Positions 19,181-28,370 of a stretch of 64,000 nt of DNA are shown piece by piece. How positions within the stretch are numbered: position 1 is the first letter of the stretch; every line of letters starts with the position of its first letter. Both the position numbers and the translations under genes were made by a program. The notes beneath the pieces were generated by a model. The model searched no databases, was not told the origin of the DNA, and saw only the letters and a list, made by a program, of their open reading frames with translations. This DNA is from Candidatus Iainarchaeum sp. (GTDB lineage Archaea; B1Sed10-29; WALL01): contig JAGGYF010000021.1 of assembly GCA_021162685.1 (NCBI GenBank), forward strand, positions 1 through 64,000, written 5' to 3'.

Positions 19181-20269
19181 ATGGTGTTTGTTAGAAAAGA
19201 GAAAGTGAAAGGCCACGAGTACCTATACCTTGTCAAGAGCCTGTGGGTTGAAGGAAAAGGACCGCGACAGAAGACTATAAAATATTTGGGCAAAGCAGAT
19301 TCCGACAGCCAGCTGCTGGCAGGGTTTCCTAGTAAGCAGTATTACGAAAAAGTAGCACAAGAAACAGGATTTAGACTGGACAAGTTGGAGATCGTCTATA
19401 GGATAAACAACCTTCTTTATGAGATGAACAAGAGAGGCGTTATGAGCAAGTTTGTTATGAGAGGAGGAACAGCGTTGAATCTTATCTACTTTAACATTCC
19501 TAGGTTATCTGTTGATATTGATCTAAACTACATTGGGCACTTGGATAGAGAGAAGGCAATTAAAGATAAAGAGGTGATCAGAAAGAAGTTGTTCGAAATC
19601 GGAAGATCGCTTGGTTACGAACCCAAGTTAGCGAAAACCTATTCACAGGATAGATTTGAGTTTTACTACAAGAACATTTATGGTCAAAAAGCACACATCA
19701 AGGTTGAAGTTAATTATATGAACAGAGTGCCTGTTCTTCCTGTCAAAAGGAGAGTGTTGACAACACCGTTTAAAGATGCACCAAAAGCAAGAGTGAAGGT
19801 ATATTGTCCAGAGGAACTTTTTGGTTCAAAGCTTGCAGCACTTGTGGATCGTGCGTACCCAAGGGATATATTTGACGCATATCTTCTCAGCAAAAGCATA
19901 AGAAGGTTTGACGCAAGACTCATAAGAAAGTGTTTTGTGTTCTATGCAAGCCTGAGGAAGAACTATCCTGAATGGAATAGAAAGATAACACTTACAGAGC
20001 GGTCGTATTCAAATTATGTGAAACCTCTTCTTGGTGCCCAGAAGCCAAGACGTGTCGATGTTGTCAATGGAGCACAGAAGGTTCTAAACAAAATACTTAT
20101 GCTTACTAAGGGCGAAAGGGAATATATACGCAACCTTTGGGCAGGCAAATGCGTTCCATCACTTCTCTTTAGGAGGGGAGAGGCCAACAGGAACTTGATG
20201 CTACACCCAACTGTGCTCCAAGTTATTCATTATGTGGATAAAGGGCGTAAATCTCGTTCGGGACAATAA
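19181..20269 (+). CDS. AbiEii-family nucleotidyltransferase toxin with N-terminal IS1634-like beta-sheet module
   Basis: GGTALN..RLSVDIDL, KVEVN, KLAAL..R..PRDIFD motifs; N-terminus YLYLVKSLWVEGKGPRQKTIKYLG. Confidence 0.9.
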   Translation: MVFVRKEKVKGHEYLYLVKSLWVEGKGPRQKTIKYLGKADSDSQLLAGFPSKQYYEKVAQETGFRLDKLEIVYRINNLLYEMNKRGVMSKFVMRGGTALNLIYFNIPRLSVDIDLNYIGHLDREKAIKDKEVIRKKLFEIGRSLGYEPKLAKTYSQDRFEFYYKNIYGQKAHIKVEVNYMNRVPVLPVKRRVLTTPFKDAPKARVKVYCPEELFGSKLAALVDRAYPRDIFDAYLLSKSIRRFDARLIRKCFVFYASLRKNYPEWNRKITLTERSYSNYVKPLLGAQKPRRVDVVNGAQKVLNKILMLTKGEREYIRNLWAGKCVPSLLFRRGEANRNLMLHPTVLQVIHYVDKGRKSRSGQ

Positions 20270-21080
20270 GGTTCCACTCCTCGGCATACACGCCCCTCCT
20301 CACATCCCTGTCAAGATAAAACACCTTTTCAGTTTCTAGGGAATTCTTGAGGCGCTCAATGTCCCTACTTCTAATTCTCCCGAGCCTAGACACCCCAGTA
20401 GATTGGTACTTTAGGACAGTAAGGAAAAAACCAACTTTGGCATTAAGACTCATGTTCTTGTGTTTTAGCGCATACTCTACAACTGTTTTGCTGTCCAAAC
20501 CAGTAAAGGAGAGTATGGAGCGTGCGAACTCCCCCACACCACCAGCATACTTCAGGCGCTCAATACAGTCAACAAATGTTACCTCCTTGGTTGATGTGCA
20601 GATGCGCATACCCTCCCTATCATAGTACTCAAACTCCCCCCACCGCGCAGAGGGGGCAACCCTCTTGAACAAGATTCCACTATATTCAAGTTGTCTGAAG
20701 GGAACCTCACTTGTTATGTACACAAGATTGAAGACTGATGTTGCACCCCCGTGCAACTCAAGCGCAGAGTGATGTGAAACGTAGCAGTACCCACCAATCT
20801 TGTTCATAAGGCCTTGGGCAACATGAAACTTGTCCGCAATGAACTCCTTTCCAACATATCTGTAGGGGACAAGTGCGTAGAGGCCAGCCCCCACCCTCTT
20901 GATGAGCCCTTTCTTTCTCAGGGACTGGACAGCATTTGTAGCTTTTCTGTATACTTTTGTTTTTGGCATTCCTCTGCAGTGCTTGCCTACAAGCTCCCTG
21001 ACCACAGAGAAATCAAACACCCACATCCCGTCCCAGAGCAGGCTTTTGTACACATTATCTGCAATGCCCATTTCTACCAC
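20223..21080 (-). CDS. AbiEi-family antitoxin, convergent with the toxin
   Basis: LRKKGLIKRVGAGLY, YVSHHSALELHG, EVTFVDCIER..YAGG, WNLIVP motifs. Confidence 0.85.
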   Translation of the reverse strand: MVEMGIADNVYKSLLWDGMWVFDFSVVRELVGKHCRGMPKTKVYRKATNAVQSLRKKGLIKRVGAGLYALVPYRYVGKEFIADKFHVAQGLMNKIGGYCYVSHHSALELHGGATSVFNLVYITSEVPFRQLEYSGILFKRVAPSARWGEFEYYDREGMRICTSTKEVTFVDCIERLKYAGGVGEFARSILSFTGLDSKTVVEYALKHKNMSLNAKVGFFLTVLKYQSTGVSRLGRIRSRDIERLKNSLETEKVFYLDRDVRRGVYAEEWNLIVPNEIYALYPHNE

Positions 21081-21091
21081 TTTTTATAAAA

Positions 21092-21113
21092 TTTACTTAT
21101 AATTTTAAGTAAA
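21092..21113. promoter_or_regulatory. inverted repeat in the AbiEi promoter (putative autorepression operator)
   Basis: TTTACTTA-N6-TAAGTAAA immediately upstream of the start codon. Confidence 0.5.
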
Positions 21114-21409
21114 ATAGATATAAAAAGGTAACTGAATTCAAGGGGTTTTCGTAATAGAACTGCTCTGATGGGTCTGGCGTTCGTAATGATAGTAAAGGCA
21201 ATACGTGAGGTGAAACTGTGGGCACACTGACTACAATACTGTTTCTGACTATAACGGGAATGATATGCTACAACTTTTTGTTCGGTCTGAATGAAATAGC
21301 GATGTTCTATATGGTCTGGCTCTTGTTCCCATGTTCTTCTTGGGGGGAAGGGGTGATCCTCTTTTTTGGCTCCAGTTATTCACCAACCAAGAGCAGAGCC
21401 GTACTGTTT

Positions 21410-22090
21410 TTGTAGTGTAAGATTTTATAAACGCTTATATATGCGGAGTCGCGGTGTAGTGTATCAAAAAAATTCCTAGTTTTTGAAGCAGAGTTTTTCT
21501 GTTTGTCTTCTTGGATACATATCAGATGTCCTGTCTCCCATTTCTGTGCGATTCGCGTAGAGAATGTTTTTCACGAAAACAAAAATTACGTATCCCCGAA
21601 AATTTTCGCTTGTAGTGTAAGATTTGGAAAAAGCACCCCGAATTTGGTGGTTAACCTACATCAGGGTTCAAGTTAACCTACATCTGAAGAATTGTCGGAA
21701 AAAAGAAAAAAATTTGGGGAGACGTTTTCCAAGTTTTCCAGAAAAGAGGATTTTTTCGGCGTTACAAATTTTTTCGGGGAAATGCATTCGTCCGTTTTTT
21801 TGTCCCGGCATTACGTACGCTCGGTTTTTGTGCGGTCTCCACTTGGGAAAGAGGGCACAATCACAGACCATTACAATAGAGATTTTAGTTAACCTACATT
21901 TCCAGAATTTTACGGTGTTAATAGTGTTGTTTCTGGTGTGCATGCGCTGCTGTTGTCCCGATGTCCGTGTTCAGTTTTTCACATGAGCATACACCAGTAT
22001 ATTAAAACTGATTTGAAGAACGAATGCATTCGCCCTGTTTCGCGTTTCATTGGGTGTTCCAGTTTTTGTTTTAGGTTAAAATTGTAGTAG
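21410..22090. repeat. non-coding block with dispersed TGTAG-core repeats, palindromes and phased A/T tracts
   Basis: TTGTAGTGTAAGATTT at 21410 and 21610; GTTAACCTACAT at 21650, 21672, 21888; AATGCATTCG at 21781 and 22023; no credible ORF. Confidence 0.75.
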
Positions 22091-22130
22091 CCAAAAAACC
22101 ACAACGTATAAAAACAGACTAGACATAATC

Positions 22131-23315
22131 ATGGGTATGAGACAGTGGTTATGCTTGATTTTGTTGCTCTCTTTGGTATATGCAGGGAGTGCGTTGAGTG
22201 TAGATGACTTTGAGATCCTTATAGAAAATGGTCCACATAAGGTAATCTCTGGACAAAGCATTCAAGTAATAACACATGTACACTTAAATAAGGATGTAGA
22301 TGCCTACAATATAACCATTGGGTTTATATCAGATGTCTTAACCGCAGAACCAAAAACAAGAACAATTGATAAATTAGATAAAGATACTAGTAAGATAACA
22401 TGGGTACTTTATGGCCCAGATGGCACCTACGACCTATCAAATGCCTTCAAAATTATTTCGTGGGATAATTCTGTGAAACTTGAGCTGAACATGAGCAATG
22501 AAACTAAGGATCCAAAGCCTATACTTTCATTGATAACAGATCCTGCAGACCTGTGTGAGAAGCACAAGTTCAAAGGGTTTTGGGGTGAGGATGAGAACTG
22601 CTTTGTGAAGGTATATGTGAATGATACGTTTCAGGGGTTTGCTGATGAGAATGGAGTTTATGAGGAAACGTTGAAGAATTTGGAGTTAATCCCAGGGGAA
22701 AATGTCTTGGTTATAAGGGTTGAGGACCCTGGAAAGAACACAGCTGAGGGAAAAGTTGTAGTAGTGTACAAGCCTCCTCTGATTTCTATGCTAAAGGAAT
22801 ACCTTGTGTATATTGTGCTTGGATTTATTGTGCTTCTGTTTGTTGTTGGAGCTATTGTGTTTGTTGAGATGAAGAAAAAGGAGAAGGAGCATATAGCATC
22901 GCTTTATGAAAAGCAGAAAAAGATTGCAGAGGAATTGGAGAGGTATTGGCAACTTGAGGCAAGGGGCGCATTAACGACTGTGGACAGGAATATGATGGAG
23001 AATGCAAAGAGGGAAATGGAACATATTGCAGAGGAGCTGAGAAAGAAGGATGAAAAGGAGTGGATAAGAAAAGGTTACGAGCTTATTGTTTCATTGATAC
23101 TGCACAAAAATGCGTTCTGGAAACAGAAGGCAATGGCAAATGGTTACTCAAAGGAAGATCTGAAGAAGATTTTGGCTCTCATGAAGAAGAATAGTGATGA
23201 GATTGTTGCAAGGATAGAGGAGCATGTTAAGTTGAAGGGACTGAGGGAGGATTTTGAGAAGAAGGAAATTGAGGAAAGGATAGGATTGTTGGACGATGCT
23301 ATTCATACCTCCTAG
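22131..23315 (+). CDS. single-pass membrane protein: Ig-like ectodomain and cytoplasmic coiled coil
   Basis: Signal peptide, LIPGENVLVIRVEDPGKN Ig motif, TM helix, charged helical tail. Confidence 0.75.
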   Translation: MGMRQWLCLILLLSLVYAGSALSVDDFEILIENGPHKVISGQSIQVITHVHLNKDVDAYNITIGFISDVLTAEPKTRTIDKLDKDTSKITWVLYGPDGTYDLSNAFKIISWDNSVKLELNMSNETKDPKPILSLITDPADLCEKHKFKGFWGEDENCFVKVYVNDTFQGFADENGVYEETLKNLELIPGENVLVIRVEDPGKNTAEGKVVVVYKPPLISMLKEYLVYIVLGFIVLLFVVGAIVFVEMKKKEKEHIASLYEKQKKIAEELERYWQLEARGALTTVDRNMMENAKREMEHIAEELRKKDEKEWIRKGYELIVSLILHKNAFWKQKAMANGYSKEDLKKILALMKKNSDEIVARIEEHVKLKGLREDFEKKEIEERIGLLDDAIHTS

Positions 23316-23481
23316 TTGCCTTTACAAAGATTATGAGTATCAAAACGATGCCTGTGACAATTGGCCATATAAGGTCAACTGTTACATGCCCAGAAATACG
23401 CTGAGCAATATATATTAGGATTGGAAGTGCGCACAAAACAGCAATGATGGAAAGAAAGATATCTGCTTTTTGAGGGTCCAT
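23299..23481 (-). CDS. small 2-TM protein downstream of ftsZ
   Basis: 60 aa; GAGG RBS. Confidence 0.6.
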   Translation of the reverse strand: MDPQKADIFLSIIAVLCALPILIYIAQRISGHVTVDLIWPIVTGIVLILIIFVKATRRYE

Positions 23482-23485
23482 GTCC

Positions 23486-23620
23486 TCAACTCGCTACCTG
23501 TTCGTATTCCTCTGGCTTTATGGATTCTTCTGCTAATTCTATCCAGTCTGAAAATTCATCAGATTCGTCAAGGATTACATCGTCCTCTTTCTTTCGTTTT
23601 GTCTTTTTTGCCATAGGCAT
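23486..23620 (-). CDS. 44-aa basic/acidic peptide downstream of ftsZ (absent from ORF track)
   Basis: MPMAKKTKRKKEDDVILDESDEFSDWIELAEESIKPEEYEQVAS, read by hand; fills the gap between neighbours. Confidence 0.55.
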   Translation of the reverse strand: MPMAKKTKRKKEDDVILDESDEFSDWIELAEESIKPEEYEQVAS

Positions 23621-23643
23621 CACAAATAGAGTATGGAGAGCAC

Positions 23644-24720
23644 CTAAAGGATGCTCTCAATGTCAAGGTCTGCGTTTGGATGGGATTCTGCTGGGAATTC
23701 TATACTTGCTCCCTTTATGTGTGGGCTCTGTACACCTGTGAAGATACCAATTACCTCTATTTTTCCTTCGTACTCTGGAACTATCCTTGACCCCCAGATC
23801 ACCTGGGCACTTGGGTCAATTGCTTCTGTGAGTCTCTCTCCGATTTCGTTTGCTTCTCCAAGTGTTAGGTCTGGACCTCCGGTTATGTGGATTAATGCAC
23901 CTCTTGCTCCTCTGTAGTCAACATCCAAAAGGGAGTTCTTAAGTGTGTCCTGCACTACCTCATCTACCCTTCTGTGGCCCTTTGATTCACCAACAGAGAT
24001 TACAGAAACGCCTCCTGTGCTCATGATTGCTCTTACGTCTGCGTAGTCTAGATTGATCAAAGATGGCACGGTTATTGTTTCTGTAATGCCTTTTACTGCT
24101 CTTGCGATGACTTCATCTGCAACACTAAATGCTTGTTCAATTGGGAGGTTTGGTACTAGTTCAACCAGTCTGTTGTTGTCTATGATAATGACTGTGTCTG
24201 TGACCTTTCTCAATTTTTCAATACCCTCCTCTGCCTTCTGGATTCTTGCTCTCTCCAAGAGGAATGGGAAGGTTACCATTGCAACAACAATTGCGCCCTG
24301 TTCCTTTGCGATGTCTGCTACAATGGGCGCAGAACCAGTTCCTGTTCCTCCACCCATACCTGCTGTTAGGAATACAAGATCAGCATCCTCTAATACCTGA
24401 GCAATAGCTGCCCTGGATACCTCTGCTGCCTTTGCTCCAACCTCTGGATATCCTCCTGCTCCTAGACCCCTTGTGACACTCTGGCCAATGAGCAATTTTT
24501 TTACAGAGTCGTGAACAAGAGCTAAATGCTGCTTATCTGTGTTTAGTGCAATAAGCTCTGCTCCGCTTATTCCAATTCTGGCTAAACGGTTAACAGAGTT
24601 GTTTCCTGCTCCTCCACATCCTACAACAACGATTTTTGGTCCCTCAAAGTCAGTTGTTTGAGGTTTGACGTCCTGTTCATAAGAAATGGCATTTTTAACT
24701 AGGTTCTCCAAGATAATCAC
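23644..24720 (-). CDS. ftsZ: cell division protein FtsZ (FtsZ2-like)
   Basis: [15 protein letters not shown] and INLDYAD motifs. Confidence 0.97.
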   Translation of the reverse strand: MIILENLVKNAISYEQDVKPQTTDFEGPKIVVVGCGGAGNNSVNRLARIGISGAELIALNTDKQHLALVHDSVKKLLIGQSVTRGLGAGGYPEVGAKAAEVSRAAIAQVLEDADLVFLTAGMGGGTGTGSAPIVADIAKEQGAIVVAMVTFPFLLERARIQKAEEGIEKLRKVTDTVIIIDNNRLVELVPNLPIEQAFSVADEVIARAVKGITETITVPSLINLDYADVRAIMSTGGVSVISVGESKGHRRVDEVVQDTLKNSLLDVDYRGARGALIHITGGPDLTLGEANEIGERLTEAIDPSAQVIWGSRIVPEYEGKIEVIGIFTGVQSPHIKGASIEFPAESHPNADLDIESIL

Positions 24721-24917
24721 CTTCCTTATTTATGGGTGAATAAATATAAATAGATTAAGAAATTTTGGATTGGTTTGAATTCAGAACTAAAATCATTGTT
24801 TTATATCTAACTCTTAACTCGTTTATCTGTTTTTCTGATGAAAAAATCAAATCAAGAAAAGGAAAATGAACCTGTGGGACATAAAACGATTTAAATCTAG
24901 ATGTGCAAAAATAAAGT

Positions 24918-25370
24918 ATGGTTGAAGGCACACCAAGATGGGCAGCAAGATTGGGTATTGATATACATCTGAGTGCCATAGAAAGACCAAAAGAGTACAA
25001 ATTGGAGAGTAGGAGAAGCATAGCAAAAACTATCTACGATATTTCTGTACAAAATGGTCTGCCAGAGAGGGTTCTCAGGGTGTTGGAAGTTGCAAAAAAG
25101 GAAGAGGACAAAGAGGTCAGGAAGCATTTGTTGAATGCAGTTTCAAGACATCCATTGGTTATACCGTATACTACTGAGGAAATAAAGGCTATTGTTGATG
25201 CAATTATTAGTCAAGAGGGTATAAGAGAGAAGAATATACTAAGAAATGGGCTGGCTTCACATGTAGATAGGTATGGACTAAAAGAAGAGGAGAGGAGGTT
25301 TATAGAGGAACGAAAGAAAGAAGCACCTATTGATTTGGGTTTTGTTTTAAAAAGAATAAAAATAAAATAA
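24918..25370 (+). CDS. hypothetical protein
   Basis: 150-aa ORF following a TATA box. Confidence 0.65.
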   Translation: MVEGTPRWAARLGIDIHLSAIERPKEYKLESRRSIAKTIYDISVQNGLPERVLRVLEVAKKEEDKEVRKHLLNAVSRHPLVIPYTTEEIKAIVDAIISQEGIREKNILRNGLASHVDRYGLKEEERRFIEERKKEAPIDLGFVLKRIKIK

Positions 25371-25373
25371 TAC

Positions 25374-25645
25374 TGGCGGGCTAGCTGGGGGGCTGGCGGT
25401 CCCCTGTAACCCCAAATCCCGCTTATGGGGGAGTGAATGCCTTGCGGCGGTTTTACGCAAGCACACAGCTCCACTGCCCAACGTTGAGGTTCTGTCCTGA
25501 TTGGCTCTGGGCATGTGTGAACCTGGTCAGGCCCGGGAGGGAGCAGCCATAGCATGTGTTCAGGGCGCTTTCAGGGGTGCAGAACTGAGGAGGGTATGTG
25601 GGTTCAGCTGTGTGTTTGTGTGATTCCCACGCAGGGCGCCCGCCA
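25374..25645 (+). ncRNA. ffs: archaeal signal recognition particle (7S) RNA
   Basis: Terminal pairing TGGCGGGC/GCCCGCCA, Alu-domain CCCTGTAACCC, helix-8 GGTCAGGCCCGGGAGGGAGCAGCC; GC-rich intergenic segment. Confidence 0.92.
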
Positions 25646-25647
25646 CT

Positions 25648-26670
25648 TTATACTTCTCCGCGTAGCATCTCTTCGCTTATTGCGAATGTGTCTTCATCCA
25701 TGAAAAATGAATTGTCAAATGAAATCTTTTTTTTGTACAATGGTTTGGGTTTTCCCACTAGCTCAATGCGTACAAGGTGTGCCTTATACCACACACTACC
25801 TGTCTTTGGTGTGCCTGTATAGAACAGTGCTTTTTTTAGTATTTTGTATGTATCATATTCATCTGCATGTTCTTCAAGTTCTGGATAGTGTATGAAATTT
25901 CTTATGATATCTGTTATGACAAAGTTCATTTTATGGAGCGATTTCTCGTATTCCATCCATTTCTTTTTTGATGAATCAATGTTTGTTAGTGTGGTGTATC
26001 CACTTCCATTTTCCCTAAGTGCTGATGCTGCTCTTGAAATGAATGCTAGGTTTCCTTTTAATGCCTCTGGTGGCTCTGCTACAAATGTATCATAGCCTTT
26101 TATGTGTGATGGCATTGGATTTGCAAGATTAATCCGTTCTGCTGAAAGAGGGAGACCATATTTGGCTGCTATTTTGTTCGTTTTGTTTATGATGCGTTCA
26201 TCTATGTCTATCACCTTTACCTCTTTTGGCATACCTGTTAAAGCAACTGCTGTTCCGAAAAAGTCATCGTCACCAAGAACTAGGATTCTGCAATCCTCAA
26301 CATCCGCACGCTTGTACATAAATGCTATCTTCGCTGCTATGGAATCTGGAGTTATAGCTTCTTGGTAGTATTCTCCTTTTTCTGGTAGGCGCTCTCCAAC
26401 AATCCTTTTCCATTGTTTCATTACTTTGTTTATTTCTTTACTTGGAACAACTCCACGAGATTTACATTTTCTGCATAATACATTCATTCGGGGTTTTCTT
26501 TGCTTTACGAGTCGTATTTTTTTGTTTGTTTTTATGATGCCTTTTTTCTTCATGCTGTTTAGTGTTTTGATTAATTCTTTTACTGTAAAGTCCTGCTGCT
26601 CCACGATCTCCCAAAAAGTCATGGGACCAGATGAAAGAAGTTGTATTATTTGTCTTTCAATGCGTTTCAT
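25648..26670 (-). CDS. bpsA: branched-chain polyamine synthase (N4-bis(aminopropyl)spermidine synthase)
   Basis: N-terminal wHTH and CxxC, ILVLGDDD, DIDER, EPPE, FVITDIIRNF..Y motifs. Confidence 0.85.
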   Translation of the reverse strand: MKRIERQIIQLLSSGPMTFWEIVEQQDFTVKELIKTLNSMKKKGIIKTNKKIRLVKQRKPRMNVLCRKCKSRGVVPSKEINKVMKQWKRIVGERLPEKGEYYQEAITPDSIAAKIAFMYKRADVEDCRILVLGDDDFFGTAVALTGMPKEVKVIDIDERIINKTNKIAAKYGLPLSAERINLANPMPSHIKGYDTFVAEPPEALKGNLAFISRAASALRENGSGYTTLTNIDSSKKKWMEYEKSLHKMNFVITDIIRNFIHYPELEEHADEYDTYKILKKALFYTGTPKTGSVWYKAHLVRIELVGKPKPLYKKKISFDNSFFMDEDTFAISEEMLRGEV

Positions 26671-26681
26671 GGGCTCACCAG

Positions 26682-27710
26682 TTATCTTATTTGGTTCCTT
26701 GCTTTTTCAACTACCTCTGTTTGAGGCATGCGTGAGAGTTCATTTATTATGAACGCTTTATGATGTGTTCTTTTATATATAAGCCTGAGTGCTTTTATTG
26801 CTTCTTCTTGTGCACGCTTTACATTATCTTCACTAGGGTCCTTCAAAAGGATGTAGAGGAGGGCGCGTATCTCATCTTTTGTTTTTGCTTTTGCAAATGC
26901 CTTTATCTCATCTGGATTATTTACAAGACGCGCTGCTTCTGTTATTGGATTTATCTCCTTCTTTGGTAGTGGCTTTAGAGGAACGTTCACTTCATCTAGC
27001 ATAGAGCGAACCAGCTTCTCTACATACTTCTGGTCAATGTAATCAATTGAGATTAGCGGTCGCTTTACCTTTGTCAGCTCAGTTATGTCCCTTCCTAAAT
27101 CTATATCCAGATGGTTTAGAAGATTTATGAGGTCTGATTTCATCTCACTTCTAAAATCCAAAAGGGTTAGGTGCCTATTGTGTGCATCTATCAGATAGTC
27201 CCCAAATCGGTAGAGGTCATCAATTGCTTGTCTTATATCCTCGTTGTGGTGTTCATCAGTACGTTCATAGAGATGTTCCAATGCTGTCCTTACCGCAACA
27301 ACCCTATTGAGTGCATCAAAATGGTAATCAGATGCCTCTATAATATTCTCCTCAGCCTTTGAATAGAGATTAAATATGTTTAATATAGCACTTTTCGCTT
27401 TCTCTTCTGCCTCTTCCTCACTCATGTGGGGGAGGTCTTCTAAAATCTTTATGTTTTTCTCTATTGCTTCTTTTATCTCTCTTCTCTCGTGGATAAGCTG
27501 CATAACCTTTGAGATAGATTCGTGGGTGAGGTGTTTTGTTATTGCATCCGGTACATTTGCCCTCCTAAGTTGTTCTAATGGAACATCTATATGGTTTGGT
27601 CTTGGAACAAACCTGTCCATGTACTTAAACGCCTTTGCTCGTCTATCTTTAAGGGCCTTAAGCGCATTTCTGTATTGCTTTATATCTCTAATAACAGGCA
27701 TGATAATCAT
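26682..27710 (-). CDS. hypothetical alpha-helical protein
   Basis: 342-aa ORF with no recognisable motif. Confidence 0.7.
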   Translation of the reverse strand: MIIMPVIRDIKQYRNALKALKDRRAKAFKYMDRFVPRPNHIDVPLEQLRRANVPDAITKHLTHESISKVMQLIHERREIKEAIEKNIKILEDLPHMSEEEAEEKAKSAILNIFNLYSKAEENIIEASDYHFDALNRVVAVRTALEHLYERTDEHHNEDIRQAIDDLYRFGDYLIDAHNRHLTLLDFRSEMKSDLINLLNHLDIDLGRDITELTKVKRPLISIDYIDQKYVEKLVRSMLDEVNVPLKPLPKKEINPITEAARLVNNPDEIKAFAKAKTKDEIRALLYILLKDPSEDNVKRAQEEAIKALRLIYKRTHHKAFIINELSRMPQTEVVEKARNQIR

Positions 27711-27753
27711 TTGTGCAAAAAAGTATATAAAGTTTTAACGCACTAATAGACTT

Positions 27754-28362
27754 ATGAACATTTTAGTGGTGGGTAGCCCCTGCGCGGGGAAAACTACCTT
27801 ATGCAGGGGTCTGGAACGATACGGGTTTGAACATGTGTCCATAGACCAGTTCAGAGACAAGGCATGGGATGAGTTTACTGCTGAGGATGAGAAAAGGATA
27901 TATAACAAATTTTTCTCATACATATCTGGTAGAGACTGGCTGGCAATTGACACACCGGGCATATCTCCATTCTTTCAGGAAAAGAGGTGGATACTGAGAA
28001 ATGCCAAAGTTATCAAACTTGAGGCCAGTTTGGAAACATGTCTAAAACGACTAGAGAGGAGAAGGCAGAAGAGAGATATAACGCCTGAATTGTTGAGATG
28101 GCTTTATTCCTGCTCAACTGTCTTGAAGGCTGATTTCGTAGTAAACACAGATGAACACACACCATCACAAACATTAAGGAAGGTTATTGAGTTTATAAAC
28201 AGCAGTGAGGATGAAGGGGAAGATATAACACTTGATGAGGTTGTGCGCCTCAGAGAAAAACCCTTTATCTCGCCGAAATTTAAGATGCGGGATATTGGTG
28301 CGATTGCAAAGCTTAAAAAAGATGCGTTCCTAAGGAGGGTGTTCAGTAGGAACAGGTTATAG
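27754..28362 (+). CDS. P-loop NMP-kinase-like protein
   Basis: GSPCAGKTT Walker A; LETCLKRLERR lid. Confidence 0.8.
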   Translation: MNILVVGSPCAGKTTLCRGLERYGFEHVSIDQFRDKAWDEFTAEDEKRIYNKFFSYISGRDWLAIDTPGISPFFQEKRWILRNAKVIKLEASLETCLKRLERRRQKRDITPELLRWLYSCSTVLKADFVVNTDEHTPSQTLRKVIEFINSSEDEGEDITLDEVVRLREKPFISPKFKMRDIGAIAKLKKDAFLRRVFSRNRL

Positions 28363-28370
28363 GTGAGTAT

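Noticed and set aside
18953-19216. 87-aa minus-strand ORF overlapping the abiEii start
   Set aside because: The 3' half looks coding, but there is no credible start and it conflicts with the abiEii promoter; possibly a gene truncated by island insertion
21218-21415. 65-aa hydrophobic ORF with GAGGTGA RBS
   Set aside because: Overlapping short hydrophobic frames suggest a decayed membrane-protein gene; not supportable as a CDS
21624-21986. Overlapping ORFs in the repeat block, or a second mini-CRISPR array
   Set aside because: The ORFs have non-coding composition; the repeats are 12-16 bp, irregularly spaced and in mixed orientation, unlike CRISPR
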